Shown here: piece by piece, positions 32,808 through 41,957 of the stretch | Layout: every line of letters starts with the position of its first letter | Position numbering within the stretch: the stretch's first letter is position 1 | Sequence record: OR670491 | Origin: Escherichia phage vB_EcoM_JNE01 | Length of the DNA stretch: 64,000 nucleotides | Strand: one strand, 5' to 3' | Translations under genes and position numbers: made by a program | The notes under the pieces: generated by a model | The model's input: the letters and a program-made list of their open reading frames with translations, nothing else | Database searches by the model: none | Told to the model about the DNA's origin: nothing

Positions 32808-33267
32808 CTTATATGAAGATATTAATGATGTTATTGATGTAGCATTATGGACTGTTTTCGAATACAGAACAGAAAACAAACACTGGTCTAATTGGTATAC
32901 TAATGATAACCAAAAACTACTGCTAGGTCATGGTAATACCGTTGAGTGTCTTGCATTCACTCGTCATGGGGCAAGTGATGATATAAGGGATTGTTTTAAT
33001 ATACAAATATCACTACTTGGACAAGGTGTGTTGTATAAGATTGATGTTTATCATGATCGTTTATTTGTAGTGTCTGGTAGTGCTACCCGCATTGTATTAG
33101 GTTATGACATGAACCCAAGTGAAGCGGATTTGTTTATTGGTGATTTCGATAAAGACATTGATTGTGCAAGATACTTTCAATTAAGTACTTTGTATAGTTT
33201 ATGTAATATTAGTCATCGTGGATTAAAGAAGTTACAAAGTATTGCACGAAATTTAAATTCTGAATAA
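32800..33267 (+). CDS. EE-x-FFQxS-motif family protein (divergent)
   Basis: 155 aa; CARYFQLSTLYSL. Confidence 0.55.
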   Translation: MHDLYEDINDVIDVALWTVFEYRTENKHWSNWYTNDNQKLLLGHGNTVECLAFTRHGASDDIRDCFNIQISLLGQGVLYKIDVYHDRLFVVSGSATRIVLGYDMNPSEADLFIGDFDKDIDCARYFQLSTLYSLCNISHRGLKKLQSIARNLNSE

Positions 33268-33279
33268 CAGGAGAATATT

Positions 33280-33726
33280 ATGAGTTTTAATGGTAACATT
33301 GCAAAAGTACTTATTGTGTTTGAAAACTGTGAGTCCTTTTATGTTGAACAAAAAGACATTCTATGGATGCACATTGGTGATATTAAAACTAAAGTGTTTC
33401 GCTATTCTAATGTACTTAGTATCGAAAATGTAGCTGGACAGTTTGGAATTGCACTACGCAAAGAAATTGAAACCGAATTTTGGGGAAATCAAACATTACT
33501 TAATCGTTTGGATATGCGTGATGTTACGAACATTACTCTATATGACGTTAACAATGAGAGCGTCTCTTATGTTGTTGAGTGGGCTGATTATAGCGATCAA
33601 CAAACGTCAATCAATCAACGTACTTTCGTGACACCCGATGGCAATGTTGTATTCGTCAGTACTACATCTGCTTTAGTGGATGTTGATGTTGAACGTATTG
33701 ATTTCAACGCTCAGTACATGTCTTGA
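33280..33726 (+). CDS. hypothetical protein
   Basis: 148-aa ORF. Confidence 0.5.
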   Translation: MSFNGNIAKVLIVFENCESFYVEQKDILWMHIGDIKTKVFRYSNVLSIENVAGQFGIALRKEIETEFWGNQTLLNRLDMRDVTNITLYDVNNESVSYVVEWADYSDQQTSINQRTFVTPDGNVVFVSTTSALVDVDVERIDFNAQYMS

Positions 33727-33751
33727 CAACAGTATGTGCACGCTGTATAAT
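33723..33751 (+). promoter_or_regulatory. sigma70-type promoter with palindrome around the -10
   Basis: TTGACA, 17-nt spacer, TATAAT; inverted repeat ATGTGCAC / GTGCACAT. Confidence 0.55.
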
Positions 33752-33782
33752 GTGCACATATTAACTTAATGGGTATTTAAAA

Positions 33783-34211
33783 ATGAGTACAGTAAAAATC
33801 AATGTACACTTTCTTGATTCATGGAAAGATGTTTGTACTGGTGTTAGTGAAGTAGAATACAGTACTGAAACTATCCACGCGGAAGATAAATGGCAAGCTG
33901 AATCACAGTTAGAAAAACTAAAAGAAACAGTAGGAACATCAGTTTCTGCTGGAACTGAGCATACACGTAAAATCATTGGTATTGATGAAATTGCACAGGT
34001 TCAGGTATTCTTGACGAACGAACAAATGATGAAGTTCATTCTTGACAACAATGTGGAACTTGCATTGGATGGTTCAGTATGGCAGAAAACTGACGGTACA
34101 AAAGTACGAGTGAAGTACCGTGTTACCATCAATGGAACTGCTATGTGTGGCATGGATTTGGAAGATGCAATCAATTACTACGTAAACAACATAAGAGGAA
34201 AAAAATGCTAA
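33783..34211 (+). CDS. hypothetical protein
   Basis: 142-aa ORF. Confidence 0.5.
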   Translation: MSTVKINVHFLDSWKDVCTGVSEVEYSTETIHAEDKWQAESQLEKLKETVGTSVSAGTEHTRKIIGIDEIAQVQVFLTNEQMMKFILDNNVELALDGSVWQKTDGTKVRVKYRVTINGTAMCGMDLEDAINYYVNNIRGKKC

Positions 34212-34567
34212 CAGTTATATTGTGTACCTTGATGTGTTGTGTTACAATTATCATATGCCGATTGATCAATAACGCCTCTTTGGAAAAAGCATTTGAGCAT
34301 GAGAGAAATCTTAAAGAGTTGGAGAACCCATCACCAATTAAGAAACAAAAGTCTCCATATTCATTACGTAGGGTGTTGCATTCCAAATCAAAAAAATGGG
34401 GATATTGTCTTTTGGAGGGTGGTGGCATCTACACATCAGTTGATGGATACTACGAAGTGAATTATGATATCAAAGAAGCAATTGAGCTTTTGTGGACTAT
34501 GGAGGATTTAGGTAATTATGAGCGTACTAAGTTTGAATTCTTACAAGATGATCCAGGAACTTCATGA
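34205..34567 (+). CDS. hypothetical membrane protein
   Basis: Track ORF trimmed to the ATG after an AGAGGA RBS; N-terminal TM. Confidence 0.45.
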   Translation: MLTVILCTLMCCVTIIICRLINNASLEKAFEHERNLKELENPSPIKKQKSPYSLRRVLHSKSKKWGYCLLEGGGIYTSVDGYYEVNYDIKEAIELLWTMEDLGNYERTKFEFLQDDPGTS

Positions 34568-34718
34568 AAAACATGCTATAATTGTAGATGTAGAAAAGCA
34601 GGAAGTTGTGATGAAGAAGAAAGCCTATCAGATTCTGGATAACTTCCGCTCTAAAGCATTCATCATGAAGTTGTGTGCTGACGAGCATTTAGTAGGAAGA
34701 TTTTTATACAAGGAGTAA
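34518..34718 (+). CDS. hypothetical protein
   Basis: 66-aa ORF; start uncertain. Confidence 0.35.
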   Translation: MSVLSLNSYKMIQELHEKHAIIVDVEKQEVVMKKKAYQILDNFRSKAFIMKLCADEHLVGRFLYKE

Positions 34719-34724
34719 CACAAC

Positions 34725-35066
34725 ATGAACATGAGTAAAACTATTCAGTACTTGAGTTCAAATTTCAGCAAAATTATCACCAGAGGTGGAATGATTGTCC
34801 ACCCTGAAACTGATGAAATGTATATTGTCCGTTTCGATGCAAGTTCTTATGATCAAGTACTTGTGGTTTCTAAGATGGTAGGGTATAATGAAGTTATTCA
34901 ATTCTGTTGTACAGAATTTGGAATCTACATTAAAGATTCGGATACTAACACAATTTCACATTATTTTTATCACACGTTGATGGGTACTAAAGACTTTGGT
35001 CTTAAATTCGATGATTTAGTACAATGTCACTATATGTTCAAAACCTACCCAGCATCTGGGAACTAA
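34725..35066 (+). CDS. hypothetical protein
   Basis: 113-aa ORF. Confidence 0.5.
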   Translation: MNMSKTIQYLSSNFSKIITRGGMIVHPETDEMYIVRFDASSYDQVLVVSKMVGYNEVIQFCCTEFGIYIKDSDTNTISHYFYHTLMGTKDFGLKFDDLVQCHYMFKTYPASGN

Positions 35067-35078
35067 GGAGTTACAAAT

Positions 35079-35927
35079 ATGTCTAACATTTTCTTCAAAT
35101 CCGTTTCTTTCAATAAAGCTGCTTACTCTTACTCTTATGTAGAAGGACGAGTACTGAACATTGTTGTTGATGGTGTACCACTATCTGTCCATTTTCAATC
35201 AAACGCTGAAGCCATTGACGGACTAAAAGAACTTACTGACCTTTTGAATGGCGAACGTGCGACCAATCAAGACACAGTGAAAACAAATCCACTTGACGAC
35301 CTCGTTAACAAAATGAAAAGTGGTAAAGTACTGAATATCTTGAACGAATGTAATGAAAAACTAAGCGGTGTTCTGGAACGTACAAAAGACACTGTAAGTG
35401 ATAAAGTAAGTGACGCAGCTTACCGTCACATTACCAGTGCAATTGAAGAACGTGCACGTCAACTATTCACTGACGTTGAAGACCGTCTTAAAGATTTAAA
35501 AGATAATCTACCTGATATTGAAGACGTTCTTAACCAGGCATTTAGCACTGAAGAACAACCAAAACAAGAACAAGAACAACCTAAACCAAAACCAACTGTT
35601 AAGACTAAACGTAGCTTCGGTACAGTTGAAGATGTATTTGGTTTTGAAGTAACTTCAACTAAAGAAGTTAAGAAAGAAGCAGTGGATACTTCTGAAGTTC
35701 TAATTGGTGATATGCGTCCATCTGAACTACGTGCAGCAATCGATGTATTTGTAAATGATATTACCAGTACTGAACGTGCACAATCCATGTTCAATAGTAT
35801 CATTTCTAACTTCGATAAAGAAACTGCCGATGAAGCGATGCAAGCATTCAAAGAACTAATCTACAATGTTGCAATCCAACATGAAGATAAAACACTAGAA
35901 CAAGTTCTACGTGAAAACTTCCAATAA
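35079..35927 (+). CDS. hypothetical protein (optimal codons, Lys/Glu/Pro-rich linker)
   Basis: 282 aa; AAGGAG RBS; followed by bidirectional terminator. Confidence 0.55.
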   Translation: MSNIFFKSVSFNKAAYSYSYVEGRVLNIVVDGVPLSVHFQSNAEAIDGLKELTDLLNGERATNQDTVKTNPLDDLVNKMKSGKVLNILNECNEKLSGVLERTKDTVSDKVSDAAYRHITSAIEERARQLFTDVEDRLKDLKDNLPDIEDVLNQAFSTEEQPKQEQEQPKPKPTVKTKRSFGTVEDVFGFEVTSTKEVKKEAVDTSEVLIGDMRPSELRAAIDVFVNDITSTERAQSMFNSIISNFDKETADEAMQAFKELIYNVAIQHEDKTLEQVLRENFQ

Positions 35928-35935
35928 TTGAAAAA

Positions 35936-35964
35936 GAAAAAGCCTCCATATGGAGGCTTTTTTA
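35936..35964. terminator. bidirectional rho-independent terminator
   Basis: Hairpin AGCCTCCA-TA-TGGAGGCT flanked by A-run and T-run; separates convergent genes. Confidence 0.65.
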
Positions 35965-37122
35965 TTATGCAGTATAACCAACAATGACGATGGATGAATC
36001 AAACGGCTCTACAGATCGTACTGTAACGTTGTCATCAGCATCTAGTTCAATCTCACATAGTACTGTATGATTCATATCATCATATACTTGTACTTGTGGA
36101 TATAACTTACCATGTGTTGCTTTAGGTATACTTAGTGTATACATCATTTCAGAATCAACTACCCAATCACTTGAAAGTATTTCATCGAAGTAAGGTGTAG
36201 TCTGGATTGTTTTACCAATTACGCTCAAAGAGATTGGTTCATTATCACTTTGATATACAGTGATATTACCACTTGCATCTACATTGATATCAACACCAAT
36301 GAGAAAATCATTTGCGTTGTAAGCTTGTAGTACTAGATGATCGCCACGGTCATGCACGACTTCAGGTAGGACCGCTTTATATAGCCCATCACTTACGAAA
36401 TCAAACTGTGCCAGTGCGATGTTCGTCACAAATCCAATATCCTCACCTGATTCCAACACGTCAAACTCAACTGTTTTAGTATTGTATATATCGGAAGTAA
36501 GTATTACAGTTCCCTTACCTTGTTGTGTAATAGCATCAACAGGAATGCTAAACACGTCATCGATAATTTCAGTAGTAAAGTATTCAGTACCGTCAGGTAG
36601 GATTACTGTGATTTTCATACCAGTAGTATCAATCACTTCACCTGCGTTAAACAAGCGACCACCAACCAAATCGTCACCAACAAACACTGGGAACATAATG
36701 ATGTTATCAATGTCATGGTCTACAATCCCACATTCAGGGACGTACATATCATATAGAGTGGTTGAGCTACCTAGAATTGTTTTATGTAAGAGGAACTTAT
36801 AAACGAACCCGTTTGGATCAGTACTAAGATTTTGTTCAGTATGGCCTCGAATGAAGAAAGAGTTTTTCTTAATTTCACTGAGTAGTTGATCATTGGTTTT
36901 ATTGTAGTTAAGCTGATACCCATTCGTATCAGTTGTTGTTAGTTGTACTTTGCGATAGATAACGTTAGTTTTTGGATCTAGAATATCGTATAGTCTGTGG
37001 CTTCGTTGACGATAGATTCTCATGTTCTTGAGCTTCGTACCATCTTGTAAATACACACCATCAACAATATACCCACATTCACCAAACTTATAACGTCCAG
37101 CAGCAGCAATTGACCTTGACAT
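35965..37122 (-). CDS. hypothetical protein (minus strand); possible fibre/adhesin-like beta-rich protein
   Basis: Track ORF 35965-37182 trimmed to the ATG after a GGAGGGAG RBS; about 385 aa. Confidence 0.5.
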   Translation of the reverse strand: MSRSIAAAGRYKFGECGYIVDGVYLQDGTKLKNMRIYRQRSHRLYDILDPKTNVIYRKVQLTTTDTNGYQLNYNKTNDQLLSEIKKNSFFIRGHTEQNLSTDPNGFVYKFLLHKTILGSSTTLYDMYVPECGIVDHDIDNIIMFPVFVGDDLVGGRLFNAGEVIDTTGMKITVILPDGTEYFTTEIIDDVFSIPVDAITQQGKGTVILTSDIYNTKTVEFDVLESGEDIGFVTNIALAQFDFVSDGLYKAVLPEVVHDRGDHLVLQAYNANDFLIGVDINVDASGNITVYQSDNEPISLSVIGKTIQTTPYFDEILSSDWVVDSEMMYTLSIPKATHGKLYPQVQVYDDMNHTVLCEIELDADDNVTVRSVEPFDSSIVIVGYTA

Positions 37123-37238
37123 TACTCCCTCCATTGGTATAATAATTATAACGTATTTATTCCAGTTCATAAAAAATAGCACTTGACCACTAGTGATATT
37201 TGTTGTATTATTACGTGGAATATTGATAAGGGGATACC

Positions 37239-37823
37239 ATGAGTGTTTTAGAAAAACGTCTAGTAATCAGAGACAACAAAATGATTGTTAAGCTAAACAA
37301 AGATGAGGCTGATTCTTTTCTGGCTAAGGCCATTGAGAAATCAGAGAGATACAAAGTACTAGCACCGGATAACAAATCTCCATATGGTTTTAACCACATA
37401 CATGGTCACTTTGTTGGTATGGTATGTGAGCACGCGTCATTCGTTCTTTTTAATGAAATCGAAAATTCAACGGGTATTAAACTCAACATTGACCCTGCAT
37501 TCCAAAGTGATGGTCGTGATGGTGAATGTGATATTCTTGTTAACAACCTACGTATTGAAGTAAAAGGTATTAAGTACAAATCATGGAAAGACTTCGGTCC
37601 ATGTGTTAGTACTCGACAATTGAAAAATATTCAGAAAAAAGCTGACGTGGTTCTATGGGTATTGTATAATGAGAAAAAGCAGGAGTTCTCATTTGAAGGA
37701 TTCAACTACGTCAAGGACATTAGTTCAGTACCAGTAGTATTGACAGGTGTACCAGGCCGTGTTATGATTGAGAACCATCCAGTACTAAGTATCATTAAAC
37801 CATTACAGGAGCTACCACTATGA
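37239..37823 (+). CDS. hypothetical protein; possible PD-(D/E)xK nuclease-like core
   Basis: 194 aa; D-x(n)-ECDIL...EVKG arrangement reminiscent of the PD-(D/E)xK motif (weak). Confidence 0.5.
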   Translation: MSVLEKRLVIRDNKMIVKLNKDEADSFLAKAIEKSERYKVLAPDNKSPYGFNHIHGHFVGMVCEHASFVLFNEIENSTGIKLNIDPAFQSDGRDGECDILVNNLRIEVKGIKYKSWKDFGPCVSTRQLKNIQKKADVVLWVLYNEKKQEFSFEGFNYVKDISSVPVVLTGVPGRVMIENHPVLSIIKPLQELPL

Positions 37824-38050
37824 TTTGTGCAAACGTTTTTCAGGATACTGGTGACGAGTACAATACTAAACTTGGGTTTTTATCTTTCCCTGTTCTACCA
37901 CCCATCGGTGCAACATTAAATCTCACGATTAACGGACATGAAACTTATTTTAAAGTCATTGATATTGAGTACTGTGCTAAGTTGTACGAACGTATTCACG
38001 AATTGGCAATTCCAGTAGATATTGATATCATCGTTAAAGAGGATATTTAA
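37820..38050 (+). CDS. hypothetical protein
   Basis: 76-aa ORF; 4-nt overlap. Confidence 0.45.
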   Translation: MICANVFQDTGDEYNTKLGFLSFPVLPPIGATLNLTINGHETYFKVIDIEYCAKLYERIHELAIPVDIDIIVKEDI

Positions 38051-38560
38051 ATGTTTAAAAACTTTCTAGCTATTGCAGCAGTTGTTTTTCTGGTGAGTGC
38101 AGTTAGCAATCCTGTTTATGCTTCAGTTACTGAAGACACTACACCTACGCAGAAGATTAAAACTATCGGCACTGGAAAACAGCCACCTAAACGCAGTGCT
38201 GACGAGTATATCCCTGAGATGAGGGAGAACGCCAGACAGACTCGTGCTTTGCGTCAGAGCCGTGAAGATGCGTTATTCAGCCCTGAACAGCAACGTCTTC
38301 GTAAAAGCAAAGGTCATAAGTGGGATGTAGTGAAATCCCCATCATTCTGTGCTGGATATGCAAAAGTGAAGATGGAACAACACAACAACCAGTACTACCA
38401 GGATATGATTACATTCTATGATGCACGTATCTCGGATACAGATATGATGTCGGGAACTGTAGATCGTGAAAAGTTCCTTGCTGGCTATGACATGATTGAT
38501 GATAACAAAATCATGGAATGTGTTGAAGTATATGAGAAGTACAGAGGATTTGACGAATGA
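38051..38560 (+). CDS. secreted protein (signal peptide)
   Basis: N-terminal hydrophobic core with A-x-A-like site (PVYASV). Confidence 0.5.
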   Translation: MFKNFLAIAAVVFLVSAVSNPVYASVTEDTTPTQKIKTIGTGKQPPKRSADEYIPEMRENARQTRALRQSREDALFSPEQQRLRKSKGHKWDVVKSPSFCAGYAKVKMEQHNNQYYQDMITFYDARISDTDMMSGTVDREKFLAGYDMIDDNKIMECVEVYEKYRGFDE

Positions 38561-39021
38561 TTTATCTCGTATTACTTTTTTCACCTTTAATATTCTTTGT
38601 TGTGTACAATATTATTATTGACACACGAAACTTCAAGTACACAGTAATTATCTGTAAGAACGAGGGATGGTCTAACTTCCTTAGAGTTCTCTGGGAATCT
38701 TACTTCATTGATAAAAGATTCGTGAGGTGTCCTGAATTTGATAAGTGGGAGTATAGTAACGCTAAACTATCATCTATTGAGTACATACTTAGACATTACT
38801 TGAGTTCAACTAAAGGTGTTACATTCGAGAAAGCATACCCTTATGATAGGTCGTATGTAAAATATCGTTTGGAATATCAAGATAAACTTGTTAAACTAGA
38901 GATGTACCACAAGGGTGTGTTTTGCTATGTATTTGACTATCTGGTGATCCCACCTTACCATGCACGATTGATTGAAGCAGCAATTAAAAAGAATGATAAA
39001 AATATTCTTGACATACTTTAA
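38557..39021 (+). CDS. hypothetical membrane-anchored protein
   Basis: 154 aa; hydrophobic N-terminus. Confidence 0.5.
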   Translation: MIYLVLLFSPLIFFVVYNIIIDTRNFKYTVIICKNEGWSNFLRVLWESYFIDKRFVRCPEFDKWEYSNAKLSSIEYILRHYLSSTKGVTFEKAYPYDRSYVKYRLEYQDKLVKLEMYHKGVFCYVFDYLVIPPYHARLIEAAIKKNDKNILDIL

Positions 39022-39069
39022 ATAACCCAGTATACTAATCTCATAACGTAATCACTAGAGGATATAAAG

Positions 39070-39558
39070 ATGGACGTATTAGCTACCCAATTCAAACGTA
39101 ATGCAGAACTTCGTGAAGGTTACATGAGTATTAGTGAAGTTGTTGAGAACAATTTTAAACAATACATCTTTAACTCGGCTATCAAGATTAAGCCTACTAA
39201 AGAATCACCAGACCGTAGCTTTACCAAATGGATCGCTTACTGGGAAGAATCCCCGATTGCAATCGAGATGACTGTAATTACTACAGTACTGGAAACTGGT
39301 TACGTTAAGGCAACCATCGTTGATAAGAAAGTGCGTACCTTAGAAGAAGTGGGTGAGTATCCTGCACGTAACTCTAAAGTATTTGGCTATCTGGTTGATT
39401 CTAAGTTTAAACTAGAAAAAGATGTCCGTGCATATGTGATGGATAAAGTACAGCAACTTTCTGACACACAACAACAATCACCTGCACCTGTTTCAAAAAG
39501 CGAAGCTGTGGACCAAGCAGCGATTGAACAAATCAAAAAGGCATGGGGTCTGAAATAA
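39070..39558 (+). CDS. hypothetical protein
   Basis: 162-aa ORF. Confidence 0.5.
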   Translation: MDVLATQFKRNAELREGYMSISEVVENNFKQYIFNSAIKIKPTKESPDRSFTKWIAYWEESPIAIEMTVITTVLETGYVKATIVDKKVRTLEEVGEYPARNSKVFGYLVDSKFKLEKDVRAYVMDKVQQLSDTQQQSPAPVSKSEAVDQAAIEQIKKAWGLK

Positions 39559-39968
39559 TGTTCAGTTCACAAAACATTAAGTACATCTTCTTGTTTGGTA
39601 TTCTGTCATGGGTTATTCTTCCAGTACTAGATGTACTGGGAGTACCATCCGATAATAAAATTAATGAAATTTTCGGTTTATCATCTGCGTTTTTTGCTTT
39701 CGGTGTATTAGGTCTTGGTATATATATGGTTTTTGAGGGTTATGGTGATAAAGATGACCGACGCAGATTTTTCATGTTCATGTTTGGTAAGATGCATTAT
39801 AATTTCATCTTTACATTTAGTCTGATTCCGTGTATCATATATGCAGTGTGTTATGAATACTACGACTACGCAGGTTGGGGTCTTGAAGTGTTCTTGATTT
39901 TAGAATACATCAGGACTAAACAAAATGAATATGCATATTTGTATGCTATGATGAAAGTGAAGGAATGA
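39558..39968 (+). CDS. hypothetical multi-pass membrane protein
   Basis: Track ORF trimmed to the ATG overlapping the previous stop (TAATG). Confidence 0.45.
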   Translation: MFSSQNIKYIFLFGILSWVILPVLDVLGVPSDNKINEIFGLSSAFFAFGVLGLGIYMVFEGYGDKDDRRRFFMFMFGKMHYNFIFTFSLIPCIIYAVCYEYYDYAGWGLEVFLILEYIRTKQNEYAYLYAMMKVKE

Positions 39969-39972
39969 TAAA

Positions 39973-40416
39973 ATGTATTCAAAAAATAAAACATTGTTTA
40001 TTGTTTATATTATTATTATCATTGATGCAATTAGTAATTACCTCACACTCAATAACATTGAAACATTTATCAATCCGATATGGTTCTGTATAAATCTTGG
40101 AGCACTTGCAGTATTCTCAGCGATTGCATTACTGGGATTGATTGCAGTGTATCTGATTGGTTTGAACGAAAATGACAGAGTTGATTTTGTTAAGGAATAC
40201 GGAACGAAATCATTATCAAAATTCGTTTGGGTTCTTCCATTATGTTTGCTTATAGTGTATGATGTTCAAATGCATTTATATGAATCAGCCGTAATTTTAA
40301 CACCTATCATGCTTATATATAACGCTTTCGTTAATGAGCACAGGTTAGCCATTAAAGAACACTTCATACGAATGGCTAAGATGGGAACCACTCAATTGAA
40401 TGAACAAGAGGATTGA
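39973..40416 (+). CDS. hypothetical multi-pass membrane protein
   Basis: 147 aa; several hydrophobic segments. Confidence 0.5.
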   Translation: MYSKNKTLFIVYIIIIIDAISNYLTLNNIETFINPIWFCINLGALAVFSAIALLGLIAVYLIGLNENDRVDFVKEYGTKSLSKFVWVLPLCLLIVYDVQMHLYESAVILTPIMLIYNAFVNEHRLAIKEHFIRMAKMGTTQLNEQED

Positions 40417-40420
40417 ACTA

Positions 40421-40672
40421 ATGAACGTTGAACGTGTCCAAGAATTAGCAGCAGCATTACAGGCGAACGAAAACCAATGTCAAGAACTGCGTGATACTAT
40501 TAAAGTCGAGTACGCACGCTTACAGGGTCTTCTCCAGGAATCTAACTGGGTAGTAACCAAAGGTATCGAAGCAATCTATAAAGATATTGAATCCCTTTTC
40601 AACAAGAAGTCTAAGTTTGAATCCGATTCTTACAACAAACGTAAAGAACTAAATTCAGTACTGGGTGTCTAA
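40421..40672 (+). CDS. hypothetical protein
   Basis: Track ORF trimmed to the ATG after an AAGAGGA RBS. Confidence 0.45.
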   Translation: MNVERVQELAAALQANENQCQELRDTIKVEYARLQGLLQESNWVVTKGIEAIYKDIESLFNKKSKFESDSYNKRKELNSVLGV

Positions 40673-40750
40673 AAAAAAAAGTACTTGACCAATTGAATAT
40701 CATGGAGTACATTGTGCTCCTACTTTAATGAAAAGCCAAAAGGAAATAAA

Positions 40751-41011
40751 ATGAAATCTATTCTCGTTGCAGTTAACCTGGTTGCTTCCCCATCTTTCAA
40801 CTTCAAAAAAGTTGTTGCTGACAATCTGAAGAACATCTGCCCTAATGCTGAATTGACTTTCTGTGTATTCGATTCCGAGAAACTAACAACTGTTGATCTA
40901 AACTATCTCTTGAACGATGTACAAAGTATTTCTGGTGAAAGTAACTTCAATGTAGTTCAGGAAGTTGCAGACGAGTATGATGATACTTTGGTTATTTCGG
41001 AGAATTTCTAA
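40751..41011 (+). CDS. hypothetical protein; first gene of the sigma-factor operon
   Basis: Track ORF trimmed to the ATG after an AAAGGAAA RBS; 86 aa. Confidence 0.45.
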   Translation: MKSILVAVNLVASPSFNFKKVVADNLKNICPNAELTFCVFDSEKLTTVDLNYLLNDVQSISGESNFNVVQEVADEYDDTLVISENF

Positions 41012-41016
41012 ATCCA

Positions 41017-41436
41017 ATGCGAAGAATCATACAGTACTTAATCAGGAAATTATTTCGTTATGAAACGATAGAATATAAAGCTAATCTTGCATACCAAATT
41101 TACATAGCATTGTGTACTGGTGATTACGCTGTGTTGAATAAGTACTGTGCTTCTAAAGCAACTATTGATATAATGGCACTTCGTCTGTACGAGTGCCAGT
41201 TCTTTAGATACAATCATTATCAGTACAGATATGATGAAAAAGATTTCAATAGCATTGATATGCTAACGAAATTATGTAATAATAAAAAGAATATTCACAT
41301 ATCAGAATTCACCGCATTGTATTTTTATCTCAAGAGTTCATTATATATTAACTCTATGAAGAGATTCGATACTCGTGTTAATGCATTTGAAGGTAAAGAA
41401 TATGAGATATATGATAAATTTTTAGATAAGGTGTAA
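41017..41436 (+). CDS. hypothetical protein
   Basis: 139-aa ORF. Confidence 0.5.
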   Translation: MRRIIQYLIRKLFRYETIEYKANLAYQIYIALCTGDYAVLNKYCASKATIDIMALRLYECQFFRYNHYQYRYDEKDFNSIDMLTKLCNNKKNIHISEFTALYFYLKSSLYINSMKRFDTRVNAFEGKEYEIYDKFLDKV

Positions 41437-41437
41437 T

Positions 41438-41935
41438 ATGACTACTGTTTATATTGATAAGCGTTTAGGCGTATTAATGACTGATTCAAGGGTGACAAGT
41501 ACTCGCCCACGAATTTTTTTGGGTATCTTCCCATTAAAAGAAAAAAACCACTACGGTGTTGTTTCACAGAAAACCTTGTATGTTCATGACCGTCTCTTCA
41601 GTGCAGCAGGATCAGTTTCTGAAATTGACAAAGTACTGAATTATTTAATTACTGGTGAAAAGGTAATTCCTTCCAAAAAGCTATCGTGCCATTGTGTGTT
41701 GTTATCTAAGGACTATTGTATTCATTTTGTCCTAGTAGACGGTAAGTTCGTTAAGAAGTTAGTTTTTCTACACAAGGACTACACGTTTTTTATGGGTAGT
41801 GGTGGTGAATATATGATTGACGCAGCTTGTCATGAGGACTATAGTACTCTCCAAGCTAAAGTACTGGATACTTTTATGAAAGTAAAAAATCATGATTGTT
41901 TCAGTGATGATAATATTAATGTATATCGTTTTTGA
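41438..41935 (+). CDS. HslV/ClpQ-like Ntn-hydrolase peptidase (proteasome beta-type), tentative
   Basis: N-terminal Met-Thr-Thr; TDSRVT (cf. HslV GDGQAT); Lys at ~33; AAGS; GSGG motif at ~120; 165 aa. Confidence 0.45.
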   Translation: MTTVYIDKRLGVLMTDSRVTSTRPRIFLGIFPLKEKNHYGVVSQKTLYVHDRLFSAAGSVSEIDKVLNYLITGEKVIPSKKLSCHCVLLSKDYCIHFVLVDGKFVKKLVFLHKDYTFFMGSGGEYMIDAACHEDYSTLQAKVLDTFMKVKNHDCFSDDNINVYRF

Positions 41936-41957
41936 TTTTTTTCATTAGGAGCCGTAA

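Noticed and set aside
36419-36802. + strand ORF inside the minus-strand gene 35965-37122
   Set aside because: Antisense to the longer, RBS-supported minus-strand gene; Ser/Thr-rich low-complexity translation.
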